Below are positions 8,088 through 17,295 of a DNA stretch of 64,000 nucleotides, piece by piece. The first letter of the stretch is position 1. Every line of letters begins with the position of its first letter. The DNA is from a virus (Duplodnaviria; Caudoviricetes). A program made the translations under genes and the position numbers. Location of the stretch: IMG/VR virus record IMGVR_UViG_3300025120_010521. One strand, given 5' to 3'. Under the pieces are notes generated by a model that saw only the letters and a program-made list of their open reading frames with translations, was not told the origin of the DNA and did no database searches.

Positions 8088-8201
8088 CTTTGAACCTCTT
8101 TGAAGTCCCAATGAACCCCTTGAAGCCTTTGAGCCCCATTGACGTCTCATTGATGCATTGAAGTCATTGAAGCCCTACAGTGTCTTTGAACCCTTTGAAC
8201 C
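8088..8201. repeat. Degenerate tandem repeats of about 10-nt period (TTTGAAc/gCC-like), iteron-like
   Basis: TGA cores at 8091, 8101, 8112, 8121, 8130, 8140, 8151, 8159, 8168, 8187, 8196. Confidence 0.7.
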
Positions 8202-8358
8202 GATCGTACTCCAGAGAACTTAATCTCAGACTCTCGGGGCTCTATACGGAGTGTTCCCAAATATGCAACTGATCGCACACCGATGTTCTGGGTACTTGGT
8301 TGTTTACGTGCAGTGATCGATGCCCGCCGTAAAGGCCACCCATGTATTGTTATTTACT

Positions 8359-8389
8359 AGTATATACTCATATAGGCCAACTGTCAACC
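8359..8389 (-). promoter_or_regulatory. Leftward early-type promoter firing into non-coding DNA
   Basis: GGTTGACA (-35 at 8382-8387)-N17-TATACT on the minus strand. Confidence 0.6.
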
Positions 8390-8539
8390 CCAAAGAGGCC
8401 TCTACTACATATAGTGATGGCCACAGCACTGCCCATGAGGCATAGACCGCATGCTCAAGACTAGATATAGTGGTGGCCAAATTAAATGGGGTCATTTAAT
8501 CATGACTACATGTTGTGGTGGCCTCAAACCCCGTATAAG

Positions 8540-8582
8540 CTACAGCGGGGTCCCAGGTATAGCCAACCCCTACAGCGGGGTC
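8540..8582. repeat. 13-bp direct repeat CTACAGCGGGGTC, two copies 30 bp apart
   Basis: 8540-8552 and 8570-8582; partial third copy TACAGCG at 8591. Confidence 0.8.
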
Positions 8583-9099
8583 ATAGTGGTTACAGCGTAT
8601 ATAGTGAGTATAGGGGCAATTGATCAGGGGCCCAATCGTATGTGCTACGCCGTGCGTATGAGTTTACGATACGCACAAGAGCACATATGAAGCCGGAGGC
8701 TAGATCAGAATGATCTATTTCAGACAGCAACAGCTGATTGCCCCACTATCAGGAAGCGATGATCAATGGTGGTTACACGGTTGATAATGGTTAAGAGGCC
8801 ATGGTTATAGCGTAGGTAAATTGGTTTTATCGTCTTCAGATACGGGTAATGAGAGACACGGTTTTACCTTTTGGGTAGGAACTTTCTATCCACATTGTGT
8901 ATACAAAAACAGACTAATCTGTGTAGTGTTTATACCCCAAAATCGCTTCGTACGGTACCTGTAAAATAGCTTTCTTTTTAGTTCATACTGAAAGGATATA
9001 TGCACAATCCACATTGCTTCACTGTGTGTCATGCATTAATGCTGTGTTACAGTCACTCTAGACTAATAGTGTAGTGATCAAGTGTGTGTATGTGTGCTA

Positions 9100-9288
9100 C
9101 TAGCTTATGCCAAATGGGTTATGCTGTGCTTCGTACTGTTCTTTTGTGATATCGTCTATTACTATACAGTCGTAATCTTCACCTAGTAGTTCGTCGAATC
9201 GTTCTTGTATCAGCTTCTTTGTTGAGTATGCACAGAATTCTTCTAATACGATATTGCCTTTGTATGCGTATACGAAACAGTAGTGCAT
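9100..9288 (-). CDS. Small hypothetical protein
   Basis: ORF track; TAATG coupling with the upstream ORF. Confidence 0.6.
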   Translation of the reverse strand: MHYCFVYAYKGNIVLEEFCAYSTKKLIQERFDELLGEDYDCIVIDDITKEQYEAQHNPFGIS

Positions 9289-9806
9289 TAGAACCTAACG
9301 TCCTTGAGATCATAGCCTGTGAATCTATGATATAATTCAGTGAATTTATCCTTGTTACCGAGACCTTGTTCTATCCAACAGCCTGCTAGTGTGGCCATTT
9401 TCCAAGGCTTGTTCACACTCATGCTGTGCTGTTCGAACCACTGTTCTATCTCAGGCATGTACTCCAACAGTGCCAAACCGTCATGTGGCTGTGTGCTGTA
9501 GAGTATACAAGCGGGTGCCCAATATACATCCTCGCAATAGTGTGTGTTGTGTATGTTACGCATCTGTGTGTGGGTTTTCATTGTTGTGGTACTGCGATAT
9601 TTGTTGGTATGATAGCGACTCCAATCAACTGCTTCTATGCTGTGTGTGGCTACGTTTGCCCATGCACAACCTTGATACAGCAGATTCTTATAGTACTGTG
9701 TGATGTTTTGTTCGTAGTAGCTGACGTATCGACTGTAGCTGGGCTCTAGGTCCATTTCCAATTGATTTAATTGTTCAAGTGTGTGATCTATTTGATCTCT
9801 ATACAT
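9288..9806 (-). CDS. Hypothetical protein
   Basis: ORF track; overlaps the nitroreductase 3' end. Confidence 0.55.
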   Translation of the reverse strand: MYRDQIDHTLEQLNQLEMDLEPSYSRYVSYYEQNITQYYKNLLYQGCAWANVATHSIEAVDWSRYHTNKYRSTTTMKTHTQMRNIHNTHYCEDVYWAPACILYSTQPHDGLALLEYMPEIEQWFEQHSMSVNKPWKMATLAGCWIEQGLGNKDKFTELYHRFTGYDLKDVRF

Positions 9807-10558
9807 TTAATGTCGCGATTTTCTTTGGAAAATGATGGGAATTTAATTTCTTTGGGTAGGTAGTGTATGTTACCTTGGTTGTCTTCTGCGGATATCTGTT
9901 TTATATCCACTATTTTACCCGGATTGTCTGTCCATGCTCCAGTGGCTTGTCCTATCAATACTTCATGTTGATCTGACTGTGTGTGTTCTAGATCCTGCTG
10001 TGGATATCCAATGCCTATGCCATATTCCAGTGCTTTCGTACCATCATTTACGCCATCCAATATGTTCAAACGTTTCCACCAATATTCCTTGTCTGGAGGT
10101 GAACTCATGTTCTTGTTGAAGCCTGTTGCATAGCCCATTTCCGCGGCCGAACGTGCAATCAAGCCCATTGCCAGTCCAATTGAAGCCAAACAGTTATCAC
10201 GTCTGCCCTGATATTCTTCTGAACGACCTTCGCCATCTACTTCATAGTTACGCATTGTATCTGGATACTTGCTTACAAAACACATGTAAAAATTAGCACC
10301 CATTTGTGGATTTCTCCAACAGCTAGGTGGTGTTGTTGTGGCTGTAAAACCCCATGTGTATTCTAGCATTTCTTTGATTACTTCAGCTTTGCGAATAAAA
10401 TAAACATCATAATATGCTTCATGTTGTTTGCTTGGGGCATTTTGAGCTATCCATAACCAGTGATCAATATGCTCTTGAGGTATGGATTTTGTTAGGTCCC
10501 AATTGCGTTGGCACTTTTTAATAGTATTAATATACTCTTTTTCTTTATCCATACTCAT
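9788..10558 (-). CDS. Nitroreductase-family flavoprotein
   Basis: IKKCQRNW (R-x-S-x-R equivalent), AQNAPSKQ, and ASIGLAMGLIARSAAEMGYATGF helix. Confidence 0.8.
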   Translation of the reverse strand: MSMDKEKEYINTIKKCQRNWDLTKSIPQEHIDHWLWIAQNAPSKQHEAYYDVYFIRKAEVIKEMLEYTWGFTATTTPPSCWRNPQMGANFYMCFVSKYPDTMRNYEVDGEGRSEEYQGRRDNCLASIGLAMGLIARSAAEMGYATGFNKNMSSPPDKEYWWKRLNILDGVNDGTKALEYGIGIGYPQQDLEHTQSDQHEVLIGQATGAWTDNPGKIVDIKQISAEDNQGNIHYLPKEIKFPSFSKENRDIKCIEIK

Positions 10559-10563
10559 AAAAG

Positions 10564-10571
10564 TATTTATA
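10564..10571 (-). promoter_or_regulatory. T4-late-like promoter TATAAATA (representative copy)
   Basis: Exact TATAAATA upstream of the nitroreductase and at 22713-22720 (+); ATAAATA variants precede genes starting at 11672, 12712, 13503, 26610, 30833, 33396, 37689, 39159 and 57159. Confidence 0.6.
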
Positions 10572-11672
10572 TTACCTTTTAATTATGCTTTTTATATCAG
10601 GATTATGTGCTGTGGAACATTTTTCATTACAGGTTATATAGGATCTATTGTTCCATGCTGACTGTAGCTGAGAAAAATACTTTGAATTTAATATATCTGT
10701 TATTGAATCTTGTGAATAAATTGAATGAATTTCTGGATCAAGTCCTTGTGAAAATGATGAAGCACCTTCTTTGAGGCTACGATCAGTCCCCATCCAACAG
10801 CAAGGAGTAATAAATCCATGTGCTGTGATAAAAAGACTTCGTTTAATTATGCTATTTTTTTCTAAAGCCTTGCAAAAAATGGTATCTTTTTTTACTGTTG
10901 CTGTGGTTTTGGGCATAGAAAATGGTGGTATTTTTTTATTAATTGGTGTATTTTTTATTTGATTGCTAGTATCATGCTGTATATATTTTTTCTTTGGGCT
11001 TTTATCAATTTTAATCTGTGGATTTTTTCTGTTGCTGTTGATTATTTTAATAGAATTAAATCCCCAGGCTTTATAATTGGATTCAATTTCATTTAATTGA
11101 TGTTCATTATGATCAAATACAATAATTTGCCATGTTGAATTACCACCTGCTTGATTATATGCTGTATAATTCTCTTTTAATTTATTCCAATTAACACCTT
11201 TGCGATAGATATGATTTGTATCTTCTAGGCCATCTATACCCCATACAACTCTTAAATCAATATTTTTTTGTTTTAATTGATTGCTTTTTTCTCCTAATTG
11301 TTTCCACCATTCTCTATCTCTAGTACCACCGTTGGTAGCAATACTAATAGACTTTGCTTGTGGTAGATATTCTACAGTATAATCAATAAATTGCATAATT
11401 TTTGGATGTACAGTTGGTTCGTCATAGTTTCCACAATAGTGTATTTCACGTAGACTTTCCCATTTATCATTTGTAATCATTTTTTTGTATCTGTCTATAT
11501 TTAAATGTGTTGAATTTATGCTGACTGGGTATGGTGATTCTTGTTTGTATCCTTTAAGCCAATCTGAATTTAAATAGTTTACTCTTGCACAATGAGGACA
11601 ACCAGCATTACAATAATTTGTAAGCTCTATTTGTAAACGTGTAATTTGATCTGTTTTAAGTGCCCAAGACAT
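10572..11672 (-). CDS. Radical SAM protein with C-terminal SPASM/twitch domain
   Basis: ELTNYCNAGCPHC (CxxxCxxC), GNYDEP, ATNGG, GIDG; C-terminal GFITPCCW...CNEKC. Confidence 0.9.
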   Translation of the reverse strand: MSWALKTDQITRLQIELTNYCNAGCPHCARVNYLNSDWLKGYKQESPYPVSINSTHLNIDRYKKMITNDKWESLREIHYCGNYDEPTVHPKIMQFIDYTVEYLPQAKSISIATNGGTRDREWWKQLGEKSNQLKQKNIDLRVVWGIDGLEDTNHIYRKGVNWNKLKENYTAYNQAGGNSTWQIIVFDHNEHQLNEIESNYKAWGFNSIKIINSNRKNPQIKIDKSPKKKYIQHDTSNQIKNTPINKKIPPFSMPKTTATVKKDTIFCKALEKNSIIKRSLFITAHGFITPCCWMGTDRSLKEGASSFSQGLDPEIHSIYSQDSITDILNSKYFSQLQSAWNNRSYITCNEKCSTAHNPDIKSIIKR

Positions 11673-11685
11673 ATAACTATTTATG

Positions 11686-12036
11686 GAGTGCTAGAATGCA
11701 TAAACCCCGGACTTAGGATGCATTAAGCATCAGCCGGGGAAAAAATCAAAAACATTTTTTCACAAATGAAGACCTAAAGTCTTCTAAGGTTATTATTGTT
11801 TATAACGGTAGCTTAAATTTAAAAGCCTTTTTAAACCTGACTGCCTTGCAGTGCTCTTGGGTTGCTTACTACCAAACATAACCTAAACGAATAAACAAAG
11901 TTTATTCAATAAACAAAGTACATCTACGGCGTCTGTTAGCTTATGCTATATGCCTCGTCTTTGTTGTTACTCAAGTAATAATAGTTATCGCCTTGTAGGC
12001 TACATAAAAACATCTTAGAACTCTATATATAGAGTT
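11686..12036. ncRNA. Candidate structured intergenic element or ncRNA
   Basis: CCCCGG/CCGGGG crossing AATGCAT/ATGCATT; GAAGAC/GTCTTC hairpin; CTACGGCG/CGCCTTGTAG stem; perfect 18-bp palindrome at 12019-12036. Confidence 0.45.
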
Positions 12037-12052
12037 TTAATTCAAAAAAGAT

Positions 12053-12712
12053 TTACAGTTTACCAAAGCCCCATAGTCTTTCTTCACACCACCAGCATTT
12101 ACCACAATGCGGAGTAATTGAAGGATCTAATTCTGTTTCCTCACATGTCCTTGTTACATTAAATAAAGTGTCCATTAAGTTATACTTCTTATAAAGTTCT
12201 GCAACACCTTTCTTATCAATATTAACAAGTATTCTTCCATGTGCTGTGTCTTTTCTTTTCTGTTCTTTATCACGACCTGGAGATGGTTCGTCATTTGGGT
12301 CATCAGGTGACCACTGTTTATAAACTTCTATTGGAGGGTTAGCTGTAACACCACTAAACTTACAATCTATAATTTTGTTTTTAGTTAAGATACTTTGTAG
12401 TTCTTCCATACGTTCGTTATAATCACTACCGTCTGAATGTATTGTAAAATGTTCTTTATGCCATCTAACATTAGGGAACTCTCTTTTTAACCACCATTTA
12501 ACTTTAGAAGCATACCATATATTATGAGGTTTTAAACCATGTATGACTGTAAATGGTACAATGGTACAGTCTGGTCGATGATCACGTATGTACAAGCAAA
12601 TTAGATAGGCTACAATGGATGAATCTAGTCCACCGCTCAACTTTATACCAATGTTTCTTTTGTTTGAATCAACGTTTATTTCTATTGTATCTTGTGATGT
12701 TTCTACAATCAT
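12053..12712 (-). CDS. QueC-like PP-loop ATPase (7-cyano-7-deazaguanine synthase-like)
   Basis: IKLSGGLDSS PP-loop; C-terminal TRTC...HCGKCWWCEER zinc site as in QueC. Confidence 0.7.
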   Translation of the reverse strand: MIVETSQDTIEINVDSNKRNIGIKLSGGLDSSIVAYLICLYIRDHRPDCTIVPFTVIHGLKPHNIWYASKVKWWLKREFPNVRWHKEHFTIHSDGSDYNERMEELQSILTKNKIIDCKFSGVTANPPIEVYKQWSPDDPNDEPSPGRDKEQKRKDTAHGRILVNIDKKGVAELYKKYNLMDTLFNVTRTCEETELDPSITPHCGKCWWCEERLWGFGKL

Positions 12713-12865
12713 TTTTTACCTTTTTACTTTTACATATTTATTATTAAAACTAGTGCAAGAATCCATTAACAGAAGTTTATTAATTAAAGTGGTATGTTTG
12801 ACTACTACTAAATTACAGTAAATATATATGTAGGTTGAGCAATCTACAAATAATGGGAGAGCAGA

Positions 12866-13462
12866 GTGGACAAAATAATTTTAACAGATATTGATGGAGT
12901 TGTCTTTGATTGGCATACAGCATTCGTAAAGTGGATGGAATTGCAAGGCTATTCTTCTACAGGAGTTATACATCATGACGCAGAAATACAAAACGAGTTT
13001 GGTATTTCTTTACAAGAAGCTACTGTGAAAAGAGAAGAGTTCAATGCCTCTATGGCTTGTTCTGTTTTAGAACCAATGAGACAGTCTGAAGAATATATTA
13101 AGAAGCTACACGAAGAAGGTTATCATTTTATTGCTATTACATCATTAAGTGATAAACCGATTGCACAATATTATCGTTACCTAAACATTGAAGATTACTT
13201 TGACACTGATGTATTTGTTGATGTAAGATGTTTACCAGCTGGCGCACCTAAACTAGATGCTATGATGGACTTTGAAAACAGCGGATTAATATACATTGAC
13301 GATAGAATTTCTAACTTAGAAGACGCATTAAAGGTTGGATTAAAGCCTGTACTAATGAAACATGCTTACAATATTCACTACGCAAATAAAAATGTACACC
13401 AGGTTGCTAACTGGAAAGACATCTACGATTACGTTACACAGACGTACAAAAACAGCAAATAA
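12866..13462 (+). CDS. HAD-family 5'(3')-deoxyribonucleotidase-like phosphatase
   Basis: LTDIDGVVFDW motif I, ITSL, YIDDRISN motif IV. Confidence 0.8.
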   Translation: MDKIILTDIDGVVFDWHTAFVKWMELQGYSSTGVIHHDAEIQNEFGISLQEATVKREEFNASMACSVLEPMRQSEEYIKKLHEEGYHFIAITSLSDKPIAQYYRYLNIEDYFDTDVFVDVRCLPAGAPKLDAMMDFENSGLIYIDDRISNLEDALKVGLKPVLMKHAYNIHYANKNVHQVANWKDIYDYVTQTYKNSK

Positions 13463-13502
13463 ATACATTTACGTATAGATATATCAATACTAGAGAAAAA
13501 CT

Positions 13503-14651
13503 ATGACAAAAAAATGGTGTAACGCAGGAACGTCTCATATATGGCTTAGACATGACAGGAAAATAACACCATGTTGTGCCTTAGGTGAACCAATGGAATT
13601 TAACCTAGACAAGGACGGAGACTTTCTAAAAAAGATGCAGTCTTCGGAATTCATTAAAGCAATTGAGCCATTAGCTAACGGTCCGTTACCTAAAGGTAGA
13701 TGCGACCAGTGTCTTTCTCAAGACAGTGCAACAACAACAGAAAATAAAAGATCTAGATCAGTTAGACATAAAATTAATCACTTTTCTAATCCAGTAATTG
13801 GAGCTCATGGAAAACAGAATAACAATCCTTTCTTTTTAAAAATTGACTTTTCAAACAAATGTAATTTAAAATGCGTAATGTGTAATAGTAAAAGATCAAC
13901 CGGTTGGGTAAAAGACGAGCAAAAACTTTCTGAACTTGGTATGTTTCCTAAAAAAGCAATAAGTTCATATGATAAGTTACCAGACAAGTGGTGGTTAAGA
14001 AATAGTAAACAATGGTGGGAGTCAGTAACCAAAGTTGAAATATCAGGCGGGGAACCTTTTTATGAACCTATGCTATTTGAATTTTTAGAGTTTCTATTAA
14101 GTATAGGAAGAAGTAGTATTAATCTTTCAATCATTACTAATCTTACATTATATAATAAAAATATTGATACTATTTTAAGAAAGTTTAAAAACGTTGACCT
14201 ATTATGTAGTGTTGATGCTTGGGAACAAGATGTCTATCAATATTCAAGAGGAGGCATATATACTTTAGAAACAATAAAAGAAAATATCAAACAACTATCT
14301 AAAGTAGCATCAAGATTAAGTATAGTAGACACAATACATTGTACAACGTATGATCAATCTAAACTAGCTAAAAAATGGATTAAAGAACAAAACCTTGATA
14401 ATGTATATCATAATGTAAACTATGTATATACTCCAAGACACTTAGATGTAAGATCGGTATTGCCAGACTCTATGTTAGAAACAAATAAAGATATTAAAAT
14501 TCCACAATCAGGTTTTAAAAAAGAAAAACAATTACAACATAAATTTTATAACTGGATTAATGCACTTGATAAAGTGAGAAACACAAACATACTAAACATA
14601 AGACCAGAATTTGAATCTTGGTTTAAAGAAATTGAAACATGGGCAAAGTAA
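13503..14651 (+). CDS. Radical SAM protein with N-terminal twitch/SPASM-like domain
   Basis: WCNAG...ITPCC; FSNKCNLKCVMC; ISGGEPF; ITN; SVDA. Confidence 0.9.
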   Translation: MTKKWCNAGTSHIWLRHDRKITPCCALGEPMEFNLDKDGDFLKKMQSSEFIKAIEPLANGPLPKGRCDQCLSQDSATTTENKRSRSVRHKINHFSNPVIGAHGKQNNNPFFLKIDFSNKCNLKCVMCNSKRSTGWVKDEQKLSELGMFPKKAISSYDKLPDKWWLRNSKQWWESVTKVEISGGEPFYEPMLFEFLEFLLSIGRSSINLSIITNLTLYNKNIDTILRKFKNVDLLCSVDAWEQDVYQYSRGGIYTLETIKENIKQLSKVASRLSIVDTIHCTTYDQSKLAKKWIKEQNLDNVYHNVNYVYTPRHLDVRSVLPDSMLETNKDIKIPQSGFKKEKQLQHKFYNWINALDKVRNTNILNIRPEFESWFKEIETWAK

Positions 14652-15922
14652 TAGCAATAGACAACGATATACAAAATCCTTATTCATTTGAAGTTACATG
14701 GGATTTAGGATTAAGATGTAATTACGACTGTACCTATTGTCCTGCACATAGACACAACAATACTTCTTCACATGCAAGTTTAGAAACATTAATTAAAACA
14801 AGTAAATTTGTTTTTGAGTATAAAAAATTAATGCAATCACAAATGACTTTTGATAGACAGTGGAATATTGGTTTTACAGGTGGGGAACCAACTAACAATC
14901 CAAACTTCTTAGAAATGTGTCAATACATACATGCACAAAATGATCCAGACGTATTAGTTGATGTTACTACTAATGGAGCATTTAGCCAAAAGTATTGTGA
15001 TAAACTTATAGAAGCTGTTGATTCTATTACAGTAAGTTATCATTGTGAAGCAAAACAAAAGATAAAAGATAATGTAGTTGCAAGAATATATCAGTTACAT
15101 AACTCAGGAATCAAATATAAAGTTAATTTGATGGTACATGCTAAACCAGAATACTTTGATGAATGTATGAAGCTCGTTGATAGGTTTACAGACGATAATA
15201 TAAAGTTTGTACCTCGTATCATTGGTGAAAGCTATGAAGATAGTAAGTATGTACATCGATATACTCCGGAACAACATGCATGGTTTAGAAACTATTGGAC
15301 AAATAAAAACAAAAAAATAAACAAGCCTGATGCAAATAAAGATGCAGAGTATGAATATAAAGATGATCAAAAGAAAGTACAACAACAAAAACAAGTTGTA
15401 CATACTCTAAAAGAAAAACCAAAAGTAGTAAAAGAAATATCACCAAAACCAAAAGAAGTCAATACAAGAAAAGCATTAGGAAGACCTTGCTGTGGGCAAA
15501 GAACTTTTTATACACTAGATGAAGATCAATATAAGAAAGACAATGTAAAGCTAGATACTAATGATTGGAAAAAATCTGTATTTGCGTGTTCAACTGAATA
15601 TAAAGAATGGTCATGCATGATAAATTGGAATTGGCTACACATTGAACAAGAGTATAATAAAATATTACATCATCAAACATGCAGAGCAAATTTTGGAGGT
15701 AAGAAGGGAGAGATAGGAACTATTACTGAGTGTGATCAAATAATAAACAAACTAGAAAAACAGTTTGCTACCGGAACTATGCCAGTGATAACTTGTCCAA
15801 ACAAAGTTTGTGGTTGTGGTTTGTGCGTACCTAAAGCACAGCATCACGATATAACTAAAGCAATGTTTAAAAAATCAGTAAAGAATCTTACTCCTGTAAT
15901 AGGTGGTACATTGAATGCATAA
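14639..15922 (+). CDS. Radical SAM protein
   Basis: WDLGLRCNYDCTYC; FTGGEPT; VTTNG; C-terminal CPNKVCGCGLC. Confidence 0.9.
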   Translation: MGKVIAIDNDIQNPYSFEVTWDLGLRCNYDCTYCPAHRHNNTSSHASLETLIKTSKFVFEYKKLMQSQMTFDRQWNIGFTGGEPTNNPNFLEMCQYIHAQNDPDVLVDVTTNGAFSQKYCDKLIEAVDSITVSYHCEAKQKIKDNVVARIYQLHNSGIKYKVNLMVHAKPEYFDECMKLVDRFTDDNIKFVPRIIGESYEDSKYVHRYTPEQHAWFRNYWTNKNKKINKPDANKDAEYEYKDDQKKVQQQKQVVHTLKEKPKVVKEISPKPKEVNTRKALGRPCCGQRTFYTLDEDQYKKDNVKLDTNDWKKSVFACSTEYKEWSCMINWNWLHIEQEYNKILHHQTCRANFGGKKGEIGTITECDQIINKLEKQFATGTMPVITCPNKVCGCGLCVPKAQHHDITKAMFKKSVKNLTPVIGGTLNA

Positions 15923-17123
15923 AGACTATCAAAAGTTTATTAAAGAACACGGTAATTCTTTTTGTGTGTTGCCTTTTACAGAAATATGTAATACAGCACA
16001 AGGACACGGGCAATTGTGTTGTTTTTCAGATACAATAGATTCAGACATGTACAATAATCAAATAATTGATACATGGAAAAATAATAACGTTCTAAATAAT
16101 ATAAGAGAAAAAATGTTAAGTAACAAACCTATTAAAGAATGTCGTAGGTGTTATCAATATGAAAAAGACGGAGCATATTCATTAAGTAAAAGACTTAATC
16201 AATCAATTGAAATAGAAAATAAATTTCCGGGAACGGTACAAAAAATAAAAGAACAAGGTGGCTTAACACTTAGAACTTTAGATCTAAAGTTTGGTAACAA
16301 ATGTAATCTTGCGTGTGTAATGTGTGATGGACATAGTTCTTCCTTACATACAAAAGAAAAGCAAAAATACCCTGTGCCTAATGATCTAAAAGAATTAATA
16401 GTATCAACCGGTGAAGACAATGACTTTGATAGAAATAACTTACAAGAGTTATTAGAGCAGGCACCAAACTTACTAAGATTAAAGTTTACAGGTGGCGAAC
16501 CAACATTATTAGATGGGTTTAAAGAATTTATACAAAAACTTTCACAAACATCATATGCTAAAAACATAGAAGTTATTATTGTTACAAATGGCACAACTGA
16601 TGTAACTAAATGGATACCTATTTTTAGTAAGTTTAAACTTGTAGATATAAACTGGTCTACAGATGGTATAGGTAGTACATTTGAATATATTAGATGGCCT
16701 GGTAAATGGGAAAAGACAAAACAAATACAGCAATCATTTAATGAAACTATTAAACAATATAGTAATATTAAGTCAACACTAACGTCAGCAATACAATTAT
16801 TAAATTTAGATCAATTGCCAGACTTATTAAAATATGGTAAAGAATATAACTTTACTAAATTTTCACCGGTACTAGTTATGTGGCCTGAAGCACTTAATAT
16901 TGGTATTGTTCCAAAAGAAATAAGAACACAAATAATAAAAGAATGTCAACCTTACATTGAAACATATCCGCAAGTAAAAAGTTTTACAAGCATTATAGAA
17001 AAAGCAAACAGTCATTTAACATGGAAAGACACAAAAAACTTTTTATCCTACTATGATCATATTAGAAACTATTCAGCGAAAGACATGTGTACAATATATA
17101 ATAAAATTAATAGTAGAGTATAA
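15915..17123 (+). CDS. Radical SAM protein with N-terminal twitch domain
   Basis: FCVLPF...QLCC...CRRC; GNKCNLACVMC; FTGGEPT; VTNG; STDG. Confidence 0.9.
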   Translation: MHKDYQKFIKEHGNSFCVLPFTEICNTAQGHGQLCCFSDTIDSDMYNNQIIDTWKNNNVLNNIREKMLSNKPIKECRRCYQYEKDGAYSLSKRLNQSIEIENKFPGTVQKIKEQGGLTLRTLDLKFGNKCNLACVMCDGHSSSLHTKEKQKYPVPNDLKELIVSTGEDNDFDRNNLQELLEQAPNLLRLKFTGGEPTLLDGFKEFIQKLSQTSYAKNIEVIIVTNGTTDVTKWIPIFSKFKLVDINWSTDGIGSTFEYIRWPGKWEKTKQIQQSFNETIKQYSNIKSTLTSAIQLLNLDQLPDLLKYGKEYNFTKFSPVLVMWPEALNIGIVPKEIRTQIIKECQPYIETYPQVKSFTSIIEKANSHLTWKDTKNFLSYYDHIRNYSAKDMCTIYNKINSRV

Positions 17124-17295
17124 GAGGATTAAACCCCTTATACTCTTATATAATTTTTGTGTATAGAAAATAATTGACAGCACCCAAAGTATATAACGCG
17201 AGTCCCTCTTTGGTGTGCTATAAAAATATTTATATGTATCTCAAAAAATATTAACAGGTAAAATTATATTCATATTAAAAGCCCTATTAATATTT

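Noticed and set aside
8088-8600. Possible CRISPR or mini-array
   Set aside because: Repeats are 10-13 nt, degenerate, and lack unique spacers of constant length; no cas genes
7932-8690. Short ORFs 7932..8150, 8304..8495 and 8451..8690
   Set aside because: No RBS, atypical composition, and they overlap repeats; treated as non-coding
11930-12000. tmRNA tag-like reading frame (GDNYYYLSNNKDEAYSIS*)
   Set aside because: No tRNA-like domain or T-loop/CCA end, and the tag does not end in the usual hydrophobic-Ala-Ala motif
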